A stretch of 63,933 bases of DNA, the filler included, from Octopus bimaculoides (taxonomy: Eukaryota), in NCBI RefSeq assembly GCF_001194135.2. It is 3 parts of 3 records of this genome, joined end to end, with 100 filler letters (N's around TTAATTAATTAA, not from the genome) between each part and the next. Parts side by side here need not be neighbours in the genome. Positions count along the whole stretch, not along the records: positions 1 to 31,532 come from NC_068984.1; 2 more parts are not named here. The stretch is one strand, 5' to 3'. Both the position numbers and the translations under genes were made by a program. Position 1 is the stretch's first letter. Each line of letters opens with the position of its first letter. The notes under the pieces were generated by a model. It saw only the letters and a list, made by a program, of their open reading frames with translations, was not told the origin of the DNA and made no database searches. Below are positions 12,450-25,125 of this stretch, piece after piece.

Positions 12450-13335
12450 TCGAATTGCGATGGGTAAATTGTCGCCATTTTTCTTTTAATTTCGCGCATG
12501 TGCATTGTTGGCTTTTGATTTTATCGACTACACAGAATAGTAGGGTCAGTTGGACACTGTCAGCAAGAAAAACAGCACCATGACGCAATTCACTGTGCCA
12601 GAAATTTGGAAATGAAATGCTGTATTGCCTGGCATTCACACCGGAAGTAAAATACGAACAGATGGTGAACACACAGAACAACCGTTGGTTTGCCTTGTCC
12701 CCCCAAACATGTACCGAGAGTAATAAAAATCAAACATCCAGTCAACATCATGGTGTTTGGAGAGATCACTAGTGATGGTGACGTTATATCTCCATTCATC
12801 TTCCCACACGATCTCAGACTCAACACGGAGGCCTACAGCAAGTGCCTGGAGAATGTAGTGCTGCCCTGGGTCAAGAGGATGGCTGCTGGAAGACCCTATG
12901 TCTGGTAACAGGACTCTGTACCATGCCGCACAAACAGGAGAACCCAGTCATGGCTGTCAGACAATTTCTGCGACCACATCACCCCTAACATCTGGCCACC
13001 TAACTCCTCAGACTGCAACCCCTTCGTTATTATGTGTGGGGTGCAGTTGAGCGAGAGAACAGCAAATTTCCTTGTAACACCAAAGATGAATTGAAGGCAA
13101 GGATTATGGCAGCATTCACCAGCTTAAACAAAGAGACCATCCAGAAGAGCTGCAGGAGATTCCAAAGTCGTTTGGAGGCTGTGGTTGAAACCTAGTGGCA
13201 ATTTTATTGAATGAATTTACTCTTAGCATTTCAAGATATTTTTATGTAATTTTGGTAAACATGTGTTAAAATGAGATGTCAGTGTTATTTTCATTTTTGT
13301 GTAAATTAGACGACAATATACTCACCACGCCCTGT
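12450..13335 (+). mobile_element. Internally deleted Tc1/mariner transposon, DD37D (maT/Bmmar1-type) transposase pseudogene
   Basis: KHPVNIMVFGEITSDG...VLPWVKRMAAGRPYVW*QDSVPC...WPPNSSDCNP(LD)YYVWGAVER. 37 residues between the second and inferred third catalytic Asp. Imperfect TIR cores TGGGTAAATTGTCGCC (12461-12476) and GACGACAATATACTCA (13309-13324). Confidence 0.85.
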
Positions 13336-13349
13336 GTGTATATATATAT

Positions 13350-13392
<43 letters not shown>

Positions 13393-14207
13393 CAATAAGT
13401 GGAATCGCTTCTCTTTCAAAAAAAATACAGCTTTCACTTCAGTTGTAGGCCAGACACGTGGTATTAATGCTGGTGTTCACTGATGTCGCTAGAGCAGAAT
13501 TTTCAACTTCTGAAACATATCCGACCTCTGTGTCCAGCCCGCGAAACTACTTCTTTGAAGTCTAAAGAAAAAAGACATTTTTCAAAAACCTGTAGATCAT
13601 CAGAAGAGCTAGGGAACGCTTTTAATCTCTCCGAAATTGCCTGTAGATGTTCGGCATTAAAAGGATTTTGTCAGTAGTTTAACGATTTATGGAGCTTGTC
13701 TAAAAGGACTAACTCGAACAGATGATTACTATACTTTTATCTCCGCATCAGTTAAGCATAAAACTAGGTTTACTGACCAAATATTAGAAGGATATGTTGT
13801 TTTTGTGGTTTCATTTAACTTGAGCTCGCCTTACAAAATATTGTGAGCTGGGATTGCGATCGCATGCGTTTCTGCATACTACCTGATTGTTACGCAGATA
13901 TGTTTTGTTATTCTGGCTACCTCATTCTTGGATAAAAAATCCGTGTTTTAAAGCAGAAATCCGCAGCCACTAAACGGATTTGGAGGTTTCCTCTCTTGCA
14001 TCACTAAAAATCGATCCATCCCGAGTATCTTCCAATCTATTGTTAGATTTCAAGACCATAATTACAAAGTTCCGTGAGTTAGTATCATCTGATGGTCACA
14101 TGATTTAACCAAAAGTAAATAGAATGCTCAGAGAAGACATCGTCGAATCAAGTGTTTGTATGTTGAAGCAAGTATTTGTATGTTAAGCATCGAGTAAGCG
14201 TTTAGAT

Positions 14208-14480
14208 CCGGGGTTCCCAACCTTATTTTGCTTGTGAAACCACGGAGAGCTGTGGACCCCATATATGCAGATGTAAATTTTTGAAATAAAATATTTGTTT
14301 GTAGGTTAGTAAAAACTAACAATGAAACAATTTCGATATATTCACAACATAAATTCGAAATACAAATCTTGAAAATTTCAATAAATACAGCTACCTGTAT
14401 TTATATATGGACCCACAAATTACATTTTTTTAAATCGTGGGCCCCCTTAAAGCTTCTGTGGATCCCTGGGGGAACCCCTG
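14208..14480. mobile_element. hAT (Charlie-like) MITE, 273 bp
   Basis: TIRs CCGGGGTTCCC / GGGAACCCCTG; perfect 8-bp TSD GTTTAGAT at 14200-14207 and 14481-14488. Confidence 0.9.
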
Positions 14481-14639
14481 GTTTAGATAGTGAATCTATT
14501 AATGGTTTCGAGTCAACCGCTAACTTTCTTTTACTGTTTCTGTCGTCGACATGGCGAGCGGAAATATGCCCAATGCAACAACAGCAAAATGACGTTAGAG
14601 GATGACTCTTCCGAAACTATTAATAGATTCACCTATTGG

Positions 14640-14820
14640 TACTCCGTCGGTTACGGCGACGACGACGAGGGTTCCAGTTGATCCGATCAACGGAACAACC
14701 TGCTCGTGAAATTGACGTGCAGGTGGTCGAGTACTCCGCAGAAAGTGTACGTAGTTCTCAAGAAGATTCAGAGTGACACCGACTGTGATGAGACTGGATC
14801 TTTGTAATTACAGGTACATC
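14640..14820 (-). mobile_element. SINE family D, 3' part
   Basis: Reverse complement of 15440-15605 and of the 3' part of 43974-44363. Confidence 0.75.
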
Positions 14821-14950
14821 TAATGTTTGCCAGCTGAGTGGACTGGAGCAATGTGAAATAAAGTGTCTTGCTCAAGGACACATCGCGCTGCCGGGAATCG
14901 AACTCATGATCATGAACCGAATAGCCTAACCACTAAGCCACGTGCCTTCA
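14821..14950 (-). mobile_element. SINE family C head
   Basis: GCTGAGTGGACTGGAGCAATGTGAAATAAAGTGTCTTGCTCAAGG...CCTAACCACTAAGCCA. Confidence 0.75.
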
Positions 14951-15243
14951 TTCAGATTCGCTCCCTTAAATGCTTGCCCGATGCTTAACATTATTTCTTT
15001 TTTTATTTTTTCACAAAGTTCAGTCACTGTTGTGGCGAGAGTCATCGACACCCCTGAGGGATTGGAAGAATGGACTCTTATAAAGAGAAGAGGTTCGGTA
15101 GGAGTCCGTANNNNNNNNNNNNNNNNNNNNNNNNNNNNNNNNNNNNNNNNNNNNNNNNNNNNNNNNNNNNNNNNNNNNNNNNNNNNNNNNNNNNNNNNNN
15201 NNNNNNNNNNNNNNNNNNNNNNNNNNNNNNNNNNNNNNNNNNN

Positions 15244-15605
15244 CGAACTGGCAGAAACTTTAGCACGCCGGGCGAAATGCTTAGCGGTATTTCGTCTGTC
15301 TTTACGGTCTGAGTTCAAATTCCGCCGATGTCGAATACACTTAAAGCTCCACGAGGCTCCGGCAGGTAGTGGTGGTGAACCCTGCTGTACTCCTTCACCA
15401 CCACTTTCTCTCACTCTTTCTTTCTGTTTCTGTTGTACCTGTATTTCAAAGGGCCAGCCTTGTCAAGCTGAATCTCTCCGAGAACTACGTTAAAGGTGCA
15501 CGTGTCTGTGGAGTGCTCAGCCACTTGCACGTCAATTTCACGAGCAGGCAGTTCCGTTGATAGGATCATCTGGAACCCTCGTCGTCGTAACCGACGGAGT
15601 GCCAC
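15244..15605 (+). mobile_element. Chimeric SINE: family B head joined to family D body
   Basis: B head through AAATTCCGCCGATGTCGA, then switches to ACACTTAAAGCTCCACGAGGCTCC as in 44070-44360. Confidence 0.75.
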
Positions 15606-16204
15606 CACTATGGACGAGTATATTAATTTTATCATATAAATAGTTGAACATGCTTGGTACTAACTTGAAGGTAAAGGGAGGTAATTAAATAGCACAAGAC
15701 ACATCAACGTTTGTGCCAATTAGCAGCCTGTATAGAATATCTGAAATATCGATATGTAACTCTAATGATACTGTAAAGACATTCTGAGATATCGATTTAC
15801 TGCACGTACTAAGTCTTGATTGACATATTTTTCTGAATCTGGTGTAGCATTTCACGAATACTCTTAATTCTATTCCCAATATTTTAAGATATACTTCCAC
15901 GTTTCTCATTTATCGATTAGCAATGATCTAAAGACCAATGATATAAAAGTTTTCCATTTGACTTGTAGTCATTCCTTGTGACGTTGCTGTGAAGTGGCGA
16001 TGTCTCTCGAATCCAGCTGCTGTTGCTACTATAAACGTTTAAATCATCAATTCACAAGCTTTGCTTATTACGTTTATTTACATCACTTGGAACTCGAGTG
16101 TGTTCACTACGGATCTTCTATAAGCAGCGTGGTTGTTGCGGTTATTTATAGCCCTAGGTCAGACCTCAATGGATAGAGCCATGAGCAAAGATATTCCTGT
16201 TATC

Positions 16205-16672
16205 TTTCGTCTTTTACTTCTTTCAGTTATTAGATTGTGACCATGCTGGGGCACCGCCTTGAAGAATTGTAATCGAACGAATCGACTCCGGTACTTTTGT
16301 TTTTTCTCTTTTAAAGTCTGGTTCTTATTCTATTAGTTTGCTTTTGCCGAACCGTTAGGTTATAGGCCGTAAAGTGAAACGGTGGAAGAGAACAGAGACA
16401 CGAGGACACAGAGACACGCATGAGTGCACACGCACACGTGCGCGTGCACACACACATACACACATGCACACACGCATATACATAAAAATACATACATATA
16501 TGTATATATACGTCGGGCTTCTTTCAGTTTCCGTTTACCAAATCCACTCACAATGTCAGCCCGTGGTTATAGTAGAAGACATGTTCCCAAGATGCCACGC
16601 AGTGAGACTGAACCAGGAACTTCGTGGTTGGAAATCAAACACTTTACCACACAACTACACCTGCCCCTATGA
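16205..16672 (-). mobile_element. SINE family A with internal CA/TA microsatellite
   Basis: Tail TTTTACTTCTTTCAGTTATTAG and head CCACACAACTACACCTGC. Confidence 0.75.
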
Positions 16673-17003
16673 TCACATCGTATTTACGAAAACGTTAAAT
16701 ATCTGAAACTACTTCAGCCAATGTATCATCGATTTTTTTCCGATCGATAGGGATAGTTAAATTTAAGAAAGATTTAACTATTATTTCTAGCAGTGGTTTC
16801 TACACCCTGCATTCTTTAAGAAAACTTTGTTTAATGTTCCAACCCCTACAAAAAGAAAATCACATTTGAAGATAAAAAATGTCAATTTTCTAATGATTCA
16901 TTAATTTATTATCTTAACTGCGTCGCGTATAGTTGAGTGGAATAATAAAGATCTTGGTGATATTTCAAAGATTTACTAATTATATTCTGCCTTAATGGTC
17001 GAC

Positions 17004-17225
17004 TTTAAGGCGCTGAACTGGCAGATTCATAAGCACGCCGAACAAAATGCTTAGCGGCATTTCGTCCGTCTTTACGTTCTGAATTCGAATTCCGCCAAGA
17101 TCAACTTTACCTTCCATCTTTTCGGGGCCGTTAAAATAAGTACCAGATGAGAACTGGGGTCGATGTAATCGACTTACTCCCTCCTCCCAAATTGCTGGCA
17201 TTGTACCAAAATTTGAAATCAATAA
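17004..17225 (+). mobile_element. SINE family B
   Basis: AAGGCGCTGAACTGGCAG...GAATTCGAATTCC...AAATAAGTACCAG. Confidence 0.8.
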
Positions 17226-17364
17226 TCTAATTCTGTAAAGCAATTTTAATGATGCGTATATTTTCCTAATTTTGCGTAACTCACTGAAAGGCTATCTCGT
17301 CCTCCCAGTGAATATAAACACGGCACTCTTGGGTTTTCTGTATTGGCATACTCTTTTTTACTAT

Positions 17365-17574
17365 TTTACTCTTTTACTTGTTTCAGTCATTTGACTGTGG
17401 TCATGCTGGAGCACCACCTTTAGTCGAGCAAATCGACCCCAGGACTTATTCTTTGTAAGCCTAGTACTTATTCTATCGGCCTCTTTTGCCGAACCGCTAA
17501 GTTACAGGGATGTAAGCACACCAGCATCGGTTGTCAAGCAATGTTGGGGGGACAAACACAGACACACAAACACA

Positions 17575-17624
<50 letters not shown>

Positions 17625-17795
17625 TATATACGACAGGCTTCTTTCAGTTTCCGTCTACCAAATTGACTCACAAGATTTTGGTCAGCCCAAGGCTATAGTA
17701 GAAGACACTTGCCCAAGGTGGCACGCAGTGGGACTGAACCCGGAACCATGTTGTTGCTAAGCATGCTACTTACCACACAACCACTCCTACGCCTA
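17365..17795 (-). mobile_element. SINE family A (full length)
   Basis: High identity to 741-1145. Confidence 0.9.
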
Positions 17796-18252
17796 TTAAA
17801 ATAATTAGAATGAATTGAATAAAATAGAGTGAATTAGAAATAAATACTACTCTTACCGGGCTTTGAGCGACTGGTTTTCGTAGCTGATGAAGCGAAACGA
17901 CGGAGAAATGTATGCGTCCTACGATCCAGTGACGTCACTCAGAGCCAAAAGTAAAACGCCTTTCTACAAAAGTTTAAATGGAGAATTATCTTCCGGGACT
18001 CTTCCTTTAGTGAATGGTCTTCTCCGTTCGAGTGCACTCGAACGTGTTGAACATGATTTCACACTTACACACACACACACACACACANNNNNNNNNNNNN
18101 NNNNNNNNNNNNNNNNNNNNNNNNNNNNNNNNNNNNNNNNNNNNNNNNNNNNNNNNNNNNNNNNNNNNNNNNNNNNNNNNNNNNNNNNNNNNNNNNNNNN
18201 NNNNNNNNNNNNNNNNNNNNNNNNNNNNNNNNNNNNNNNNNNNNNNNNNNNN

Positions 18253-18285
<33 letters not shown>

Positions 18286-18594
18286 AAACGAGTGTATACA
18301 TACACACGTACACATCTATATATATATATGTTATAATGAATAGTTAATCGAAGATTTTGAGCAGTATGTGTGTGTGGTGGGCGGATGCTTGTGTGTGTGT
18401 ATGTGTATGTATGTGTGTGTGTGTATGTGTGTGTGTGTTTGAGACAGTGAGTTATTGCAAAAGACGAATGAATTACAAAAGAAGGGAAAAATTATTATCT
18501 GGATTGTTCTGTCTGTGTTGCACATACATTTCGGTAATCGATCCTCGTTGCAGCAATCTCCCAAATACGCCCACATTTCCAGTCAATGCCAAAG

Positions 18595-18626
18595 GCAGCA
18601 GTAGCAGCAGCGGCAGCAGCAGCAGC

Positions 18627-18674
<48 letters not shown>

Positions 18675-18876
18675 AGCTACGACTGAAGCTAACCCCTTTA
18701 TAGCAATAACAGTAAACACGGCAGCAACAGTAACAAGAACAACGGCAGCCGTCACCTCTACTACTATGTCGGTAACCACGACAACAACGATATGAACAAC
18801 AACAACAACAACAACAACGTCAACATCAACAATAGGCCACACTACCGTTACCACCACCGCCAACACCACTTGCATC

Positions 18877-18910
<34 letters not shown>

Positions 18911-19910
18911 TCATCGTCACAACGTNNNNNNNNNNNNNNNNNNNNNNNNNNNNNNNNNNNNNNNNNNNNNNNNNNNNNNNNNNNNNNNNNNNNNNNNNNN
19001 NNNNNNNNNNNNNNNNNNNNNNNNNNNNNNNNNNNNNNNNNNNNNNNNNNNNNNNNNNNNNNNNNNNNNNNNNNNNNNNNNNNNNNNNNNNNNNNNNNNN
19101 NNNNNNNNNNNNNNNNNNNNNNNNNNNNNNNNNNNNNNNNNNNNNNNNNNNNNNNNNNNNNNNNNNNNNNNNNNNNNNNNNNNNNNNNNNNNNNNNNNNN
19201 NNNNNNNNNNNNNNNNNNNNNNNNNNNNNNNNNNNNNNNNNNNNNNNNNNNNNNNNNNNNNNNNNNNNNNNNNNNNNNNNNNNNNNNNNNNNNNNNNNNN
19301 NNNNNNNNNNNNNNNNNNNNNNNNNNNNNNNNNNNNNNNNNNNNNNNNNNNNNNNNNNNNNNNNNNNNNNNNNNNNNNNNNNNNNNNNNNNNNNNNNNNN
19401 NNNNNNNNNNNNNNNNNNNNNNNNNNNNNNNNNNNNNNNNNNNNNNNNNNNNNNNNNNNNNNNNNNNNNNNNNNNNNNNNNNNNNNNNNNNNNNNNNNNN
19501 NNNNNNNNNNNNNNNNNNNNNNNNNNNNNNNNNNNNNNNNNNNNNNNNNNNNNNNNNNNNNNNNNNNNNNNNNNNNNNNNNNNNNNNNNNNNNNNNNNNN
19601 NNNNNNNNNNNNNNNNNNNNNNNNNNNNNNNNNNNNNNNNNNNNNNNNNNNNNNNNNNNNNNNNNNNNNNNNNNNNNNNNNNNNNNNNNNNNNNNNNNNN
19701 NNNNNNNNNNNNNNNNNNNNNNNNNNNNNNNNNNNNNNNNNNNNNNNNNNNNNNNNNNNNNNNNNNNNNNNNNNNNNNNNNNNNNNNNNNNNNNNNNNNN
19801 NNNNNNNNNNNNNNNNNNNNNNNNNNNNNNNNNNNNNNNNNNNNNNNNNNNNNNNNNNNNNNNNNNNNNGAATTAGTTTTTAATTCGGTTTAAATTGGAT
19901 ATTACCACTA

Positions 19911-19965
<55 letters not shown>

Positions 19966-20111
19966 TTACTACTACTACTAGTGCTGCTGCTGCTGCTGCT
20001 GCTGCTACTATTACTACTACTACTGCTACTACTACCATCACTGCCACCACAACCATCATCACTTCTGCAAATAGTGGTAGTAGTCGTAGTAACAGCAGCA
20101 GCAGCAGTAGT

Positions 20112-20150
<39 letters not shown>

Positions 20151-20301
20151 CAGTAGTAGTAGTAGCAGCGCTGATGATGATTATAATGGTGATAGTTGTG
20201 GTGGTGGTAGTGATGGTGGTAATAAATCGGAGATGATAGCGATGATGACAGAGACAGCGACGACGAAATGGCGATCGTGCCGACCGCGATGAAGACAGCA
20301 T

Positions 20302-20355
<54 letters not shown>

Positions 20356-20780
20356 CGACGAATATTTTTTTCTTTCTTCTTTTTTGGTTAACTTATTGGC
20401 TTCTATTTCCGGTTGAAGGGCTACGCCCATAGCTTTCGCACGTCCTCTCAACTTACATAGAGATTTATATCCACTTTACAGTCCCGCTTAACACATTTGC
20501 ACTGTCGACACCCACAACGGCGAAACAGGTGCAGGAAACGAAGGAACATTCCGGAAGTCCAACGTCTAAAGATGTTTGCGCATGTTGCGTCAGCACCGGC
20601 CCGCATGTGGGAGTCGTACCCCATTCTGTGTCTTCGTCAGAGTGGTGGTGCTAGTGATGATGATGATGATGAAGATAACGATTTGTTTTCCTTCTTATTG
20701 ATTAATTCATTGGTTATTATTATTTATTGATGATGGTGATGATGATGATGATGATGGTGACGATGATGATGATGGTTAAG
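18595..20780. repeat. Compound trinucleotide-repeat island (CAG/CAA/CAC/CAT, TAC, TAG, GAT) spanning an N gap
   Basis: Direct reading; stops in all frames. Confidence 0.85.
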
Positions 20781-21706
20781 CCTTTTTTTATATGAGTACA
20801 AGACCAGCAATGTATAGAAGAGAAGTACACTAGATCGAATCGTTACTCAGTACTTTATTGGTGCCCTCCTGAGCGAGACAATCTTTTATCGTTTATCTTT
20901 CACAGGTTTCAGTCATTAGACTGCGACCATGTTGGGGCAGCNNNNNNNNNNNNNNNNNNNNNNNNNNNNNNNNNNNNNNNNNNNNNNNNNNNNNNNNNNN
21001 NNNNNNNNNNNNNNNNNNNNNNNNNNNNNNNNNNNNNNNNNNNNNNNNNNNNNNNNNNNNNNNNNNNNNNNNNNNNNNNNNNNNNNNNNNNNNNNNNNNN
21101 NNNNNNNNNNNNNNNNNNNNNNNNNNNNNNNNNNNNNNNNNNNNNNNNNNNNNNNNNNNNNNNNNNNNNNNNNNNNNNNNNNNNNNNNNNNNNNNNNNNN
21201 NNNNNNNNNNNNNNNNNNNNNNNNNNNNNNNNNNNNNNNNNNNNNNNNNNNNNNNNNNNNNNNNNNNNNNNNNNNNNNNNNNNNNNNNNNNNNNNNNNNN
21301 NNNNNNNNNNNNNNNNNNNNNNNNNNNNNNNNNNNNNNNNNNNNNNNNNNNNNNNNNNNNNNNNNNNNNNNNNNNNNNNNNNNNNNNNNNNNNNNNNNNN
21401 NNNNNNNNNNNNNNNNNNNNNNNNNNNNNNNNNNNNNNNNNNNNNNNNNNNNNNNNNNNNNNNNNNNNNNNNNNNNNNNNNNNNNNNNNNNNNNNNNNNN
21501 NNNNNNNNNNNNNNNNNNNNNNNNNNTATATATATATATGGAGCAAAAACGCAATAGAGGACAATAAAACATTCGGATAGATAGACGAACCAAAGGCAGA
21601 CAGGAGAAGCAACAATTAGAAGGAAAGCCAAAAAAGGACGGGTCATTCGTGGCCTTCTTTCCTCAGTCAAGTACCAGAAGTCATGACCGTTTCGGGCAGT
21701 TACATG

Positions 21707-21764
<58 letters not shown>

Positions 21765-22624
21765 CAAAGAACTTTGACAAAAATAGCTGATTTTTGGTTG
21801 ATAGAACGATTAAACAAATAATCGATTAGTTAACTTGTTAAATGGTTAACCAAATGATTAATAAAAATAAATTCAAAGAAGGATATCATTAAAGAACAAA
21901 GCAAGCATCTCAGGGAGACTAATTTTATGGAAAATTCTTTAGGGAGGTGGGTGATCGAGTAAAGGTAGAAAAATTACTGTAATAAATCAGACCCCAAAAA
22001 ATCAAACCTAATGATTGAGACTGAAGTATCGATATTTCCCGTGAAATAATATACTGGGAACAAATTGTCAACTTATACGTATATTAGCATCTTCTTAAAC
22101 TCGCCTACGTATTCCTCTTATGAATTAATTGTTACCGCTAAAAGCCATCACATGTTTCTTCAAATTCTTCGTTTTGTGCGATATAAACTCGACAATCGAA
22201 TTTCATTATATAGATTGTAGCAAAAAAAACAAAAAGAAAACAAAAAAAACAAAAAAGAAACAAGAAACAAAAAGCAAACAAAAGTGTAGCGCATTTAAAT
22301 AAATGAATGCAGAAAATTATATTTGAAAGAATTTAACAGTAGGCATTATAATGTTGCCCAACTCGCCCACTGGGAATGATCTGGAATAGGCAGAATAATG
22401 TCATGGAAAATTATAATTGAATGTGAAGGCATTAAAATTCTTTGGAAATTCACCAAGTAATGAATAGCTTTGGACAGACACGTATCGTGAGTGCAAACTC
22501 CGAGAAGAGTATTGTCAACGAAAATCATTATCACTTACATGTCAATAAGTGAATGTATGTAAATATATTTTGGCAGCAAAAAATATCGTCTTACACACAC
22601 ACACACACAGACAAACACACACAT

Positions 22625-23150
22625 ATGACGGGCTTCTTTCAGTTTCTGTCTACAAAATCACTCACAGGCTTTGGTCGGCTCTCGGGTATGGTAGAAGACA
22701 CTTGCCCAAGGTGCCTCGCAGTAGGACTGAACCCAGAATCATGTGGTTGGGAAGCAAGCTTCTTGTCACACAGCCACTTCTGCTCTTTTATTTTTTTTTC
22801 CAGTCATTAGATTGTGGATATCCTGGGGCACCACCTTAAAGAATTTTGTCGAACGAATTGGCTCAAGCACTTATTTTTTTAAAGCCTGATATTTATTCAA
22901 CCAGTCACTTTTGCTGAACCGCTAAGTTAGCGGGACGTAAACACACCAAAATCGACTGTCAAACTGTGGTGGGATACACCCACACCTACAACCCCCTCCC
23001 ACCACACATATACGACGGTCTTCTTTCAGTTTCCCTCTAGCAAATCCACTCACAAGGCGTTGGTTAGTCCAAGGCTATAGTAGAAGACACTCGCTCAAAG
23101 TACCACACATTATGACTGAACCCAGAACCATGTGGCTGGGAAGCAACCAT
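22625..23150 (-). mobile_element. Two tandem SINE family A copies
   Basis: Two successive GGGCTTCTTTCAGTTT...AAGACACT...GACTGAACCCAGAA segments. Confidence 0.8.
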
Positions 23151-23519
23151 ATGGTTGCCTCCCAGCCATGCCTAAATCTTTGAAAGCCCATCTATGGTTG
23201 CTTCCCGACCACGCCTTAGTATTTGAAAGCAGCTGATTTATTCTAGAAGGCGAGAGAAACAGACAGAGTCAAAGAAAGAATAAGAAAATAATCGATACCA
23301 GAATCTGACAAATACTTTAGTCATCGACTCTGAAATGCAACACTGACCTCGGCGGGATTTGAACTTGAAGTGTAGAGAGCCGGAACGATTATCGTGATGC
23401 CATCTGTCCGACGTTTTAACGACTCTCAAGTGACCAGCTTAATCAATCATCAGAGATCTCTTAACTTAGTAGACCAAGGCAAGTAAAGATATGATTAAGA
23501 TCTTTCTCGAGTCATTTAG

Positions 23520-23740
23520 ACTAAGGCCGGTTTCCCAGCTTCCGTGGCTGATATACTACCCCTGGATGGGACGCCAGTCCGTCGCAGAGTTACTCATTTT
23601 TGCTAGCTGAGTGGACCGAAGCAACGTAAAATGAAACATTTTGCTCAAGAATACAACGCGTCGTCCAGTTCAGAACTCGAAACCACAATCTTGCGACATT
23701 GAATCCAACACACTAACCACTGAGCCACACGCCTCCACAG
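23520..23740 (-). mobile_element. SINE family C variant
   Basis: CCCCTGGATGGGACGCCAGTCCGTCGCAG...GCTGAGTGGAC...CTAACCACTGAGCCACACGCCTCC. Confidence 0.75.
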
Positions 23741-24084
23741 ACAATAGTAAAGATAAGACTGTTTCTAATCTTAATCAAACAATTTCAGTTTACAGAATAA
23801 AACGTTTTCCAAAGAAACAGATTTTCAAGAAACTTCAATCAGTTTTTCCAATTTTAGCTGAGTATTTCGAAAACTACCTTAAAAACGTATGAAATGGAAT
23901 GTGAACGACCATAACCGAGATGGAGACCCATAAGGCCTTTAATTGCACTAAAAAGAAACATTGATAGCCTGGTAGCTGTAGCGATGTCCATTTGCCACAA
24001 AACATTACGACAGGAATGTAATTTCCTGAGACGGTATTTGACTAAAGTAGCTTTAATTTTATTGTCCCGCTTTTCATTATACAT

Positions 24085-24384
24085 ACATACATACATACAT
24101 ACCTACCTACCTATTTACCTACCTATACATACAAGCATATATACATACATACATACTTACATACATATATGTATATATATATATATGTGTGTGTATATGT
24201 ATATACATACATATATATATATGCATATATATATGTATGTGTGTGTGTATATATATATTTGTATGTATGTGTGTATATGTACATATATATATATATACAT
24301 ACAAATGTATATGTATATATACATATACATATGTATGTACACAAACATACACACATTGCATGATTTGATCAGGTATTTACGAAG

Positions 24385-24423
<39 letters not shown>

Positions 24424-24672
24424 CACACCACACACACACACACATACACACACACACACGCATAGCATTAAACCTGCTTCAGCCTTTTCCTCTTCTCACT
24501 TCATTCTTAGAATCTAATTTGATGTTACTAAAATGCAAATTTGCATATTTCTACGTCGTTCATTAACATATTTAAATACGTGGAATAAAGTGAAACCAAT
24601 CCCAGTGAAAGGTTTGAAAGCATTTGGTATGTGGGTGTGTGTGTGTGTGTATGTGTGTATGTGTGTGTGTGG

Positions 24673-24703
<31 letters not shown>

Positions 24704-25125
24704 ATTGTTTGTGTGTGTGTGTGTGTATNNNNNNNNNNNNNNNNNNNNNNNNNNNNNNNNNNNNNNNNNNNNNNNNNNNNNNNNNNNNNNNNNNNNNNNN
24801 NNNNNNNNNNNNNNNNNNNNNNNNNNNNNNNNNNNNNNNNNNNNNNNNNNNNNNTTTGTGTGTATGTTCATGTATGTGCGTGTGTGTGTGCGTGTGTGCG
24901 TGGATGTAGCGTGTGCGTGTATGTGCATGCGTGTGTGTGCATGCGTGCGTGTGTGTGTACGCGCTTGTATGTATGTGCGTGTATGTGCGTGTGTGTGTGT
25001 GTATGTGTACGTGGACGTGCGTGTGTGTGAGTGTATGTGCGTGCGTGTGTGTGTGCATGCACGCACGCATGTGTGTATGTTTGTGTGCAAGTGCGTGTAT
25101 GCGTGTATGCGCGCGCGCGCGCGTG
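24085..25125. repeat. Compound TA/CA/GT/ATGT microsatellite tract
   Basis: Direct reading. Confidence 0.9.
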
